DNA of 48,334 bases from contig ADNK01002462.1 in NCBI GenBank assembly GCA_000320545.1, positions 1 to 48,334 on the forward strand, in the 5' to 3' direction. A program made the position numbers and the translations under genes. The notes beneath the pieces are model-generated. The model was not told the DNA's origin. It searched no databases and was given only the letters and a program-made list of their open reading frames with translations. Shown one piece after another: positions 1 to 14,633 of this stretch (the stretch's first letter is position 1; each line of letters opens with the position of its first letter). Source of the stretch: Bigelowiella natans CCMP2755 (taxonomy: Eukaryota; Protista; Cercozoa).

Positions 1-90
1 ATCTATAATAGTGAGGAAAACCGCGTCCTTCCTGTGTATACGGATAACCAAGTGTAATTTAACTTCATATAAAGGCTGTAGATCTGGGAA

Positions 91-536
91 TTAGGTAGTC
101 TGTCGCACGGATTTATGGGTCTTGCCATTGTATATGGAAGACATGGGAGATGCAGCGGGAAAGACAAGTGGGAGAAAGACTCCTACTCCTCCTCCTCCTT
201 TGCTGCCATGTGCACAGCTGCTACATGTACCTTGGCAACGAAGTTGAGAGCTCCCGCTTCTTGTCCTCCCGTAGTTTTTAAGGGCACCTTGCAGCAGCAT
301 CCAATTGTTAGATCATCCGATGAAAATGTTGTTGTTGTTGTTGTTACCATACCCACGTGTACTACGACGATCAAGTTGTTATTATCATTACCGCATGTTT
401 CTTGGGGACTCCTTTGGTGTCAAGAAGATCCATGTAATAGCACGACCCCTTCAGGAAAGGGACGTTCTTGTTCTTCACTGATAATAACAAGTCCAAAATG
501 GAACGAATATATGTATACATACACACACACACACAC

Positions 537-577
<41 letters not shown>

Positions 578-1277
578 CATATTTACGTGTCCATATGGTG
601 TTATTATCATCATTCATTCATATTATTTCCTTCTTTGTGTTTAAATGTGGTAGTAGTAGTGGTAGTAGTAGTAGTAGTGGTGGTGGTGGTGGTGGTAGCA
701 TTGTTACTATTAGCAGGGCTGCAGTACTTACCAACGAAGTAAACATGGAATTGGAAATGGTACTCCAAGAGATCACTCACCTAGTGCAATGCCATCATCA
801 TCAACAAGCAAACAGCAACGATGTTTATGATAATCAACGACGACGATAATGACTGGGAAACCTCAAAAATCTACTCACCTCCACTCACGCATTACTACTA
901 GTAGCTAATCCGACAAAGCAGCATGCTACTTCCTTATCGAGCCACACAATGCACCCCCCCTCCCCCCCCTCCCCTTCTTTAAATTACACCTCGGTGTTAA
1001 CTTTCAACGGCTTTACAGTGCCCCATGAAGGCTTGGAAGAGGCTGGAAGCAGCGATGTCATTGCCTTTGCCTCAGGATTGGCTGCGAGGTAGGCCTCCAC
1101 GTACACCTTTGCACCCGGAGTTGGGTTGGGAACCCATGCTGGCAGCTCCACGTCAAACAGCTGCAGCTTCATCGTTCTTCAATAATTTCATATGAGACAA
1201 GAAACAAGAACGACGGTGTCGTCAGTCGTGCCGGTGAATGTGGTGGTATTCGTAGGAGGAGCAGTGCTAGCAGTAGC

Positions 1278-1308
<31 letters not shown>

Positions 1309-2358
1309 TTAAAAGTAGTGTTAGTAGTAGTGGTAGCAGTAGCACCGGACGAGCTCCTCCATCTCGACTTGAAAGTATATCTTTCCCATGAGATCCCCAT
1401 CGTTGTCTGTTTTATACGTGATCATCATCATCGAATTATGAAAGAGGGGGTGGACGGAACGGCTTTCATAGCAGCAACACGCTCAAGGAGCAAACAGCTT
1501 CTAATTCCGCTTGCTCTCCTTGCCGATGATAGCGGCGGTTCTCAAAGCTCAACCAACGACAAGAACACGTGGCCATGGCTGAAAAGTGTGTCGTTTCATG
1601 TGAAGAACGTGCTGTAGTTGTTGTCGTTGTTGTTGTTGTATATGTTTATTGCATTATTACTCCTAATCGAGAGATAGTGTGATGTCGGTCCCGTGGCGAT
1701 CTTTCACGACACACACAAACACACACACACACACACAAATCGTTGGGTCTCGTGACAGGATTCGTTCAAGTGAATAATGATCAAAGAAACTGCAGCAAGA
1801 ATGCAAAGAAGAAGAAGAAGAAGACGTGGGGGTAAGTAGTACCGTGGCGAGATCAACTTCGGCACGTCCCATTATCGTATTGCTCTTCCACCTAAGCCAC
1901 CATGATTCGAGAGGTAGATTAGCTATGAAGGAGGAGAGGAGGAGGAGGAGGATGGTGATTGGTGCTGTAGTGCATGCTTGTGTAGTACCGATTCCAATCT
2001 ATAACAACGACGGAGAGCTTCCTCGCTTGGAGCTGCTCTGGAAACCTGTTGTTTGTTCTCATAGTGATGATGATGATGATGATGATGATGATGTCGACGA
2101 CGATAATGATGACACCATGGATTTTGCATCTCCAACATGTGTGTCAGCCCCCCCCCCCCCCCCCTGCAAAATGGCAGCCGTCTATCGAGCTGGGCTATGT
2201 TCGGGGAATATGCTATGACTCTGCGCTATTCATATGCGGTAGACATGTATTTTACATAAATACAAATACTAAGTTTGTTACGCACGCATTTCCCATTACC
2301 GATGCGGTCGCTTCGAAACATATGCATTGAATGAATAAACGAGTGGATGGTATACTGG

Positions 2359-2394
<36 letters not shown>

Positions 2395-3183
2395 CGAGTG
2401 GTGTAGAAGAACTGCTTGGTCCAATTCTCATACACCTTGTCAGAGGAAACATAAGGAATGTGAGAGAAGAAGAAGATGATGATGATGGTAGTCGATGGAG
2501 GTGACGATGATGCTGGTAATGATAATACTAATATGGTCGGCAAAGGGATGTGGATTGGCAAGACCGGGTTCTTTTCATTAAGTTTCTTCGGCGTTACACA
2601 AGTCTTTCCTCTTCCGGGCCAAGTGAACTGAAACGCACGAGAAGGTGGTGGTGGGATTAGAGCTACCAACAGGCTTGATTTTTGGTATTGCTATAGTAGA
2701 TGTTATAACATGAAGATGGATAATGCCAAACCACCTCTACAAAAGCGTCAACCGCTTCGATCCGAGGCCACCATGGTAAGCAAGAGCACCGGATCAAAAA
2801 ATGATCATGTCACTTATTTTGAGGGGACATATTTGATGGAAAATTCGTCGTGGCGGTGGTGATATTTTTGTCAAGCAAAATTTATACAGCAGAGTATGTC
2901 ATCGCTTCTGAAAAACGTTGTCGAAGCGGATATGTGCTGTCGTCTTCATAATGTCATTCTTCAGTAATAGTTTGTGTTTATGCGAGAGGGTGTGTATATG
3001 AAGCTAGTGTTGGAGTTACTTGAGTCCACATCTTTAAGCTCAGATGGGTGTCTTAGATTGAAGCATCTTACGTTGCTTATCGTAACCTTGAACGCAACAG
3101 GCCTGATGATAAACAAAATAATAAAACATATGAGGAATAAACATACTCATTTGAGAATCATGGATTACTCAAGCGACTTACAT
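91..3183 (-). CDS. Tandem C2-domain protein, about 12 exons; start uncertain, possibly further upstream to ~3460
   Basis: Hand-spliced GT-AG exons give PVAFKVTISNVRCFNLRHPSELKDVDS|TVDAFVE|FTWPGRGKTCVTPKKLNEKNP|VYENWTKQFFYTT|RFPEQLQARKLSVVVIDWN|RWKSNTIMGRAEVDLAT|IATGPTSHYLSIR|NNDGDLMGKIYFQVEMEELV, which follows the C2 consensus (DxFV, NPxW/Y, VxDxxR, MGxxxVxL, GxIxxxV). A second divergent C2 follows (MKLQLFDVELP..KVYVEAYL..KPSWG..AGALNFVAK). Stop at 91-93. Confidence 0.75.
180..2520. repeat. Microsatellite-dense introns of the C2 gene
   Basis: (GTT)n, (CA)n(TA)n, (GTA)n, (GAT)n, (CTA)n and poly-C tracts lie between the small exons. Confidence 0.9.
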
Positions 3184-4133
3184 TGTTCTCGGTGTCTAGA
3201 TTTCTCAAATCCCTTCTTGAATATAATTCCAGGCCCCTTTGAGAGTATTAAGATTTGAACGTACACCAAATTGACTCAGGCGGCGCCATCATCTTTACGA
3301 CTCGCTTTATATGACGGATAGGAGCCAAATACCCCCTCATTTGTTGGGATGATATTAGCGAAAGTCATTCTTCCCAATCCCGACACCTATCTATGCATAG
3401 ATCAACCTTATTCTGCTCAGGTTCAAGGAATGGAAGTCTCTCCAATGGTACGAGCGTAACCTGATCGGATCTGGCCTAACTTGATTGGACTTTGCGTCAA
3501 CCCTATTTTGATGTCGCAGTTGTAAATCAAATTATATTTCTTTGCCTCATTTATTGTCAATCCTTCATTTTTCTGCGACAATCATCAGCATTTGTCGGAA
3601 AGAAAAAGTTATCGAACTCCTTTTAAATTTGATTGATTTTATTTTTCTCGGGGAATGAAAGCATGTCGTTGGTTAAGAACCCCCCCTATTCAGGATCTTT
3701 CGGTGGTGCGCGGCGCACTCTATTATTATAAAGACACCCACCCACAGGTGCGTACGTGGTCAAATAACGCTGTTCCACAACCCCTCTAGCCTGTCCATAC
3801 TTCGCGTATGTGACCCAGTTCATTGTTAAAATTCCGAGAGGAAGTTAGAAAAATTGAGATGCAAGCTATGTTTTGCGGTTATTGCATCATTGAGGCGACA
3901 GGAGCCTTCACCTGTGTGGGTTCATATTTATTGTACGAGCATCGCTTCAATGACTCTTTGATTTCGTTTCGCTGAATTTTTGATAATTTGTGCCCAACTG
4001 CACTCAAAATGAATTCGCACTGCCCTGTTGCCTGAAACCCGCTCGGTGGGAGAGAGCTCTGCTCATGTGTGGAATTTAGTGAGTACCACGATGGATTCTT
4101 TATGTTATAATAGATACGTGGTTTTCAGGAAAG

Positions 4134-4586
4134 ATGTCCGGTGGTCGTCTCGGTGAAGTTATGGTGTTAGATGCTGACGATGATGATATCCCTGAATCGG
4201 ACGTCAGCGATGACGAAAACCTCGAATCCGTCATACACCCCAAGAGCTTCGTGGATTACCTTTACTTCCGTTATGAACCCATGATAAACAAGTTCTTCAG
4301 AGATTATGGCCCAGCTCTGAACAAAACCCAAGCGTACGCCTCGATAGCGGGTTTATTTGCTAGGAAAGCGCTATGGAAGATATCAACTTCCTTTATAGTT
4401 TATGCGCTCCCCATTATGCTGATCTCGGAAAGAGAGCAGATATGGAATGCTGAAAAAAAGGCAAAGGCAAGTGAAGCAGACTCCAACATGTTGATAAAAC
4501 CACCCTCTGGTTCAGACGGTAGTGCTGGATTAAGTGGCGACTCGCAGTCGGCGGGCATAGCCATGATACCCCCACCCTCCTCATAA
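4134..4586 (+). CDS. TOM22: Mitochondrial import receptor subunit Tom22-like (intronless ORF, 150 aa)
   Basis: Acidic N-terminal tract (DADDDDIPESDVSDDE), then the Tom22-type transmembrane signature RKALWKISTSFIVYALPIMLISEREQ (W..TS......P....ER.Q) and a short C-terminal tail. Confidence 0.8.
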   Translation: MSGGRLGEVMVLDADDDDIPESDVSDDENLESVIHPKSFVDYLYFRYEPMINKFFRDYGPALNKTQAYASIAGLFARKALWKISTSFIVYALPIMLISEREQIWNAEKKAKASEADSNMLIKPPSGSDGSAGLSGDSQSAGIAMIPPPSS

Positions 4587-5129
4587 CGAACGAATGAACG
4601 TATAACCAACACAACGACAGTGTGTAGGAGGGAATGGGTTTTGTTGCTCATGGTTTGATGACGGTGAAGGTTCCTGTGGAGAAGGATAGAAATAGTGGCG
4701 GTAGGAGAATTAGTACAGCTGCTGTAAACCGTTCTCGAACGAGTATGTCGTCATGTGACTGGAGCTCCGCATGTGGGAGTGATCCATCTATAGCTTGCAC
4801 CTACCTGGTTACTTCTCCTCCGAATATTTGGCTCATCCGTAGCATTGTAAATTTATCCTAGCGTCTCTTTATTCCCCGAGAATTGTCACGATTTAGACAC
4901 TGGGCAGATGGGCAGACTACCATGCATTAACTGCTTGTGCCCTGCACGGCATTTCGCCGGACGTCACACTTAACAGTCATCAATGTAACAATTTGTTTAT
5001 TTGTACGAGTGTGGTTACGTAGTGTACATGTAATAGCAACATAATGGACTGTGTATAAATTAGATGCATGAGTTATAACCGCACAATTTACTTCGATGCC
5101 AGCGCGCAAAGCACGCTATATCAACAGCA

Positions 5130-5690
5130 ACGACTAAAACATATGAGACGGATGTAATGATTTTTTTTTTTTTAATGACGTCCTAATGTAGCTACGACTA
5201 TACATATGAGACGGATGTAATGAAATATTTAAATTTTTTCAATGGTCATCCTAATGTAGCTGTGCAATGCAGCGGCTACAGCGCTTAAATTGTGTCTGTT
5301 TGTTTCCTTGGTCACATGTTGCATGCATGAAAATGCATCATGATACGCACGTAGATTAATAAAGTCATCAAGCTCGTATATATGTATGTACGACTATACA
5401 TATATACGAGCTTGATGACTTTAATCTACGTGCGTATCGTATGCGTAGCCTTATATGAATCACTACGTTTTAATATACTAGCGTGTATTGCAGCAGGACA
5501 TCTAGACATACACGCCGCAGGCCGCATGCACCGCATTTTCATGCATGAAAGATATTGTGCACAACAGAGCAACAAACAAACACAATTTGAGCATTTTGAC
5601 CCGCTGTATAGCTGCTTTGCATAGCTAGCTACGTTAGGATGACCAATGACTTGAAAGAAATAATTTATTTATTACATTTGTCTCTATATC
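5130..5690. mobile_element. Non-coding foldback / MITE-like inverted-repeat element
   Basis: 5203-5337 is an imperfect reverse complement of ~5532-5688. Inner near-perfect hairpin at 5342-5438. The left end is tandemly duplicated (5130-5194 and 5195-5260). Partial copies at ~16463-16531 and ~20539-20589. No transposase or TSD identified. Confidence 0.5.
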
Positions 5691-6040
5691 TCACATGTAA
5701 ATACAATAGATAAGTATGCCTACGAATAGTATTGACGTACGGTGTAGACTAGCAAAATTTCCATACAGGCAATGTATGTAGCCATGGGCATCGTGTGCCC
5801 AGGCATGTTCCTCGTGTGCATTTATACATGTAGCTTACATGTGATAAACATAACTTAGCACCCGACTGGTGGCTCATGATCTGGACGCGGTGACATTAAA
5901 GTACTAATGAAATCAATCGATCTGAGGAATGCTGCCTGGTAGACCACGTATCCGTAAACACGCTACATTATAAAGTGCAGTCCAAAGAGAGCACAACAGA
6001 CAGCACAGTAGTATACTAGAAACTGGTGCCTTGACTCCCT

Positions 6041-8462
6041 TTACAAAACATACTTTATGTTTACCAAAACTTTTGATTCATAGTCTATTCCATACGTTTT
6101 ATGCTGAAATGTCACCCACAGTGAGGTTGTATATCCTGACTTGTAATCGTCGCCTTCTCGGAGAATGACGGTACCCTTCGGCTTTCCACTTTCGCCATAT
6201 CCGCGCCTTTTGACCAATGTTAAGAGAAGCTGGTCATTCAAGGCGCAAGCACATCCCCAATGCCTAATCGTTGCGTCCGTTCCAAATTGATCCTCCCGGT
6301 TATGTACATCACTCTTCATTAAATGTCCCTTTGGCTTCCCATTCTTATCTTGCAGTTGCATATGAAGGAGGGTTTTGTCAGCCATATTGACCGCTCCTAC
6401 CAACGTGACCATGAAGAGAGGAGTTTGTTGTAGGAGTTTCTCCTCTTTTCTACCATCGATCTTCACCCCCCATTTCATGTTCTCAGATAAAACGTGGCTT
6501 AACTCTGAGTTGTCCGGTGTCGCTAACCGGATCTTCGACTGTAGGTAGGCGACGTGCTTGCCCTTGTCATTCTTAAAATCCAACCAAATATCAGTCTCCC
6601 CGTAGTTCTCAATCGCAAGGCCCAGCACCATGGTCGCCGTCCCTGCTACCTTGACCTTCTCCTTCGAAGACTTTTGATATGTTATTTGTAAGGCGAACTT
6701 CAGCGTGTCGCCGCACTTAATGCTACAGTCCCAGGATCGGAAGGTGCAGTCGTCACTATCCCAGATTCTCTCATCGTCCTCATCAGAGAAACGGAGCTGC
6801 TGCGACTGGTTTAGCGACGACCGGCACACGCCGTCAGTCCCAATGATGGACATAAAAACCACTGCATACAGCTGTACGTGCTTTGTGTTGTAGAGCAACT
6901 TGTGTAAAGAGACCATAAGGAATGCTCTATTGTTTTTTGGTAGCGCCTTGAATTGCTTGTTGCCGATTTTCATCACTGGAAATTTCACATCTTCTTCTAG
7001 GATCACGGTAGATCTACATAGAAGATAATATTAAATCAGTCATACGATCACTCCATGTATGAAGTAATATTTTGAACAGATGATTCGATATCAAATCTTA
7101 TTACCCTTCTTCGCCCTGCAAAGAGGGATCACTGAAAGAGGCCATACTGATATGGCTTAATTGCGAGCCACTCGAGAACAGCGAACTTGTGCTCTTATTC
7201 TTGTTATGGCCTGATTTTGACTTGGCCTTTATCATTAGTCCCTTTCGTCGCGAGCCGCTATCACCTTTTCCCTCTATGATATGCAAGCGAATAAAAATCA
7301 AACTTGCACATTCGTAACATTGACGCTCAAAGTGAACTAAACAGAAATTATTTGTATTTTGAAAAGATTACGCATCGGTCAAAATCATGCCAGGAACTTT
7401 TTTTCAACTTAAGACTCCACACTGTGGTGCTGAATTAGCTACCTATTCCTTCTAGGACTTCCCTCTCCATAGGCGCCAGATCTTCTATATACTTCTTCCG
7501 CAGTCCGCGTACTGATGAATCAACACGATATGTTTATGAGTGGTCAAGTATGTATGTAGGACAACGTGGAGCTCTACACACATAGTTCTCTGTTCTTTTG
7601 GCGTTCCCGGAGGTCTTTGTCCTGGTTAAGAGCGAGGGTGTCCTTGAAAATATCTGCTTCCTTTTCATTACTGAACTCTAAGTCCACACTGCTTTGCGAC
7701 TTGACTGGACATGAAATAGAAAAGAGGTGTTCAGATATCTAACATACCATCAACTATGGTGATGAAGACAATATCAGAGGTGATTTCTCAAGTCAATTCT
7801 CACAATAAGTGTCCAAGAAGATCCGTATTCTGTTTGGAGGATTGAGGCGCTTGACTTCGATGATGTTCCTAAGCTCATAGCTTCCATCTTTCCTCGATTG
7901 ATCCCATAGCTCAAAGTGCGCAGCTGTGACGCGAAGATAAAGCTGATCCTTCTGAAACAGCCCTGTAATCCCTTGACTCTGTGAACCAAAGATCATTAGG
8001 AATAAAGGCAGATGAAGGAGGTCATGTTTATCGTTCCGTTAGGATCCAACTACCCTGTGTACTCGATAGTAACGACAATCCTGAGTAGTCATCGTTGCCT
8101 TCTAGCTCTTGGCTCCTGGAATAGCAAACTGTGAGCAATTGTATCTTCTGAAGGTTCTGGCCATTGGACCTCGTTTCCAGCAAAAAAACAATACCAGAAT
8201 TTGTAAACTACACTACAAAATCGAATTTCACTCCTCGAACCCCTCCCCTCACGGTTCGCTTCCTCCCCAGCCCGAGTTCCGGATTCCAAAACCACCTTCG
8301 ATGTCCAGAGAAGAGAGGAGTGAGACTTTCTCTGGGTGGTGTCCCGTTACTTGTTCCGTTTCTACCTGTTCTCACCTTGACGCATATATGAAATGACATG
8401 CATTTTATCTAAATTGTGCTGATCTTGGGCTCTCCACCCAAACCAAGGCAAATCCTTACCAT
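6041..8462 (-). CDS. Multi-exon protein with an N-terminal PH-like segment and two divergent C2-like domains; start uncertain
   Basis: Long final exon (ORF 6041-7006) with a repeated beta-strand C2-like pattern (LMVSLHKL..TLKFAL..VAGTATMVL..GKHVAYLQSKI; FMVTLVGAVNM..LLLTLV..KGTVIL). Upstream exons splice to YYRVHR|SQGITGLFQKDQLYLRVTAAHFELWDQS..YELRNIIEVK, which is PH-like. Candidate ATG|gtaagg at 8462. Confidence 0.5.
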
Positions 8463-8552
8463 CCGTCAAGGGATCCTTGTCGCTGGTGATAATTAATTCC
8501 CTTTCCTGGATGTTTTCCGTATGATTTTTTCACCAACTTGGGGTTGTGAAGC

Positions 8553-8630
8553 GCGCCAAAGTGTTTCGTCGGAAAACGGCCTGGATTTATCGCGAAACGA
8601 CTCAAAAGCCTTCCTAGAACCGGCGGGAAA
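8553..8630. promoter_or_regulatory. Putative E2F-type sites in the short divergent promoter upstream of RHL1
   Basis: GCGCCAAA (8553-8560, reverse complement TTTGGCGC) and GGCGGGAAA (8622-8630, reverse complement TTTCCCGCC) match the E2F consensus TTTSSCGC. A weaker CGCGAAA lies at 8591. Confidence 0.35.
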
Positions 8631-10439
8631 ATGGCGCCGAAGCGTTCCCATTCCGAGACCGGGGTCATCGATCCAGAAGACAAGGAGAGCCAACGCATCA
8701 AGAGAATCGCGATTAGAAGTAACGTGCTGGCGTCGAAGATACAGCAAGTTAACCCTACAAAAGTTCCTGAAGGTACGGGTGAGGCATTTGTTTCGTCACG
8801 GCGCTGATGTTATGGCCGACTCTTCGGATAGACCGGATTTTTCTCTGCACATTCCAACTTCCATAGAAATTCAATTCTCATCTAAATTTGTAACACTTAG
8901 CAATAATAAAGTATGATGGCGCGAACATCAACAACAAGAGTCGATCCCGGGGCAAGAAAAAATTTCTCTTCGTATTCCCGGGTATGATGATGATGGCTGC
9001 AAAAAAATATGAGAAATGATGGTCGCTATATAAACGATGGATTCCAAAGACAAGATTACATATCCCTGACAACAATAAGTGATAGAGCGATAAATGAATA
9101 GACGACGGTGGGCACACTTAATACCATCACCATTATCATCATCATCATCATCATCATCATCAGGCAAACTGGATGTAGAAACGACAGGTGGAAAGATGGG
9201 GACACTTGATAATCTTAGCTCTCGCAATCCAGTCCTATACATAGAATACCCTCAGGTTTTATGCTGTTAGTGCGGCGAGTTTAAAATGGGCCATCGTCTC
9301 TCTCGCACACACACCTTCTACATACGTACATACAACATAGGGGCGCTTGAAGCTCTTTGGCACAATTGTCTATCCCAAGAGCAAGTTCTTAGCACTTAAT
9401 TACAAGCCGAATTCTTCGGAGAAGCAGATCAAGAAGACAGGGTTCCAGTGTAGGTGCGTGTGCTCAATTGCCGATATCGGATAATACAAAAAATAGCAAC
9501 AGCAATAATAAGCCCTGATGAGATCATCGAGACAATCGTTCTTGCAAAGTTCAGCTCAGCTCTAGAGCGAGCCGTTGTTGTGTTATAAATCTCGGTGCTG
9601 TCACGAATATAGGGGGACCTTCGATGCCTTCATCGTTTTCTCGGAGTCTCGCTGGGTACAAGACAAATACCCACGAATGATTTGAAAGAAGAGAGAGAGA
9701 GAGAGAGAGAGAGAGTAGCAGTACTGAAAACAGTGATGATAAGCGATACATATTAATGTTCAGAAGAGAGAGACTATTGATTGTTATGATAATGATGATA
9801 ATCAAACGTGAGGCCATATTCGATGAGCTTGCGTGTCTATTGCCCCACAGATTGGCACGGCGGAAGAGAATCCTGATGAATCAAAGCTTGACAATATTCC
9901 AGCGGAACTGAAAGAAGTTGTCTTAACTATAATTATCAGTACAAATTCGATGTAATAAGGCAGCGGCTATGCTCCAAAATATAATCTGGGCTATGATGCG
10001 TGGTTTTCATTTACGATTTTGTTGTAAAAGGGGATCTTAGACGTCGTCGAAGCAAACCTGAAATCTCGATTTTTCCTCAGATACAAGAGGAGGAGGTTTT
10101 AAAGGACGAAGAAGACGTTGGTGACAACGATGTTGAAAATGAGGGGGAAGAGAAGAGTGATGACATAACCCGAGAAGTGATTGACCTTGATGATGGTGAT
10201 GATGATGATGGTGATGACGGTAGCAAGAAAAAGAGGTCGTCCAGTAGGAGGAGATCAGGTAAAATACTTCTTCCTTTCTTCACGAACTATGCATGCATGC
10301 AGTGGCCTCCTCTTCATAAATAAAGCATGTGTATGCATTGTCACGTACAGGGAGGGTAACAGCAGTGATTTCATACAAAGAAGAAAGCGGCAGCGAAAAT
10401 GATGAAGAAGAGGATGATGAGGAAGAAGATGATGAATGA
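8631..10439 (+). CDS. RHL1: RHL1 (ROOT HAIRLESS 1) family DNA topoisomerase VI accessory subunit, 8 exons
   Basis: Spliced protein: MAPKR..QRIKRIAIRSNVL..VPE|AIIKYDGANINNKSRSRGKKKFLFVFP|GKLDVETTGGKMGTLDNLSSRNPVLYIEYPQ|GRLKLFGTIVYPKSKFLAL..FQC|RGTFDAFIVFSESRW|IGTAEENPDE.., then an acidic tail. Matches the plant RHL1 motifs FLFxFPG, GGKIGxL, NPxLYxxFPQGRxKLFGTIVYPK and IVFSExWWIGTxEENP. Confidence 0.9.
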
Positions 10440-10857
10440 ACAGAGAAAAAATGCTGTGATATTTCTACGTCTTCTCTAGTACTGTAGAACTCATATATAG
10501 TCTATATACTCGATTCGTACATGTAAATTCATGGCTGTGACATAGAGCTGCGTGCAGCATGTACACATGCATGTCCGCAGTTTTGCTGCTATCGCGCAGT
10601 TACTGCCTCATGTTCCGCGTTTGCGACCAACATATGCAGCTAGGATATGTTTTGGCCACAAATTGCAACAGCGCGCTCGCACCAAGTGCCAATGCAACAA
10701 ACTAAAATTCCGTCATTATATGTGTTGTCACATTTATGCATTCCTAGCGAATAAGTGCGAGGGGGGATGTATTCAGCAACAACTTTCTTTAATCGTTGAT
10801 GATCGAACGACGATATGGTTTGCAATGGTGCATTGTCCGCCCATCCCCCATGTAGAC

Positions 10858-13879
<3,022 letters not shown>

Positions 13880-14633
13880 GATGGCACTACTACGACTTCG
13901 TCTGGGTTCTAATTCCTCCTCCGACCCAGATCCAGGAGCAAAGCGAGCAGCTCACAAGTCTTCGTCTTGAGCTGTTGCTTTTTAAAGCCCTGGGATGAGC
14001 TTTAGAACACAGGAGGGCCAAGACAGACTGTTTCTGTGCTAGCCGTCATCCATTCCTGTTGTCGTTTCCACAAAGTCTTTGAACTACCTATGATACTATT
14101 CTCGTGACAATGGTTATTACTTGTCGCAGACATTAAAACATATGCGATTTCGTAATAACATTCTCAATGGCAAAACCGACAACGTATCATTTTAGTCCAA
14201 ATAACAATCGAATATGAGTTGACGTTCCTTTACATACGCTTGTAATTCTCAATATTTATTAGAATTAAATACATGCAAGAAATATCGGATATCTAATCCA
14301 AAGATGCAGTTTGCAGTCACTTATTTGCTTCGCACAGCCTCCAACACAACGGGCTCGTACAGTAAGGAATTTATCGAAGGAATATCTAAAAATAAAGATC
14401 GTATGATTGACGTTTGAATTTAGGATGGCGACAATGTTTTTTAATTTGACGTAAGAGAGAAATCCCCTGCACTGCTTACCACGAATCGCACCTCGACAAG
14501 ATCGGCCATCGTAGATTCGGATACTCCCAACGGGAATGGACATTCAGGGGCTTCCGCAGCGGAAGAAGCGTGAACGGAGCCGTGGCCGGGTGAAGATTCT
14601 TGTGATTTATTTAAAATTTTTGAACCGCCAGAC

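Noticed and set aside
2735-2830. Apparent in-frame TGA (MSPQNK*HDHFLIRC..DAFVE) suggesting stop-codon recoding
   Set aside because: A 20-nt micro-exon spliced to an upstream exon explains the C2 domain without readthrough. TGA serves as a normal stop in RHL1 and archease.
3388-3407. Possible 20-nt GT-AG intron like nucleomorph tiny introns
   Set aside because: No recognisable protein supports the junction, and all well-supported introns here are much longer.
5130-5260. Repeat-spacer-like pattern (CRISPR-like)
   Set aside because: Only two tandem units, the intervening sequences are related, there are no cas genes, and the context is eukaryotic.
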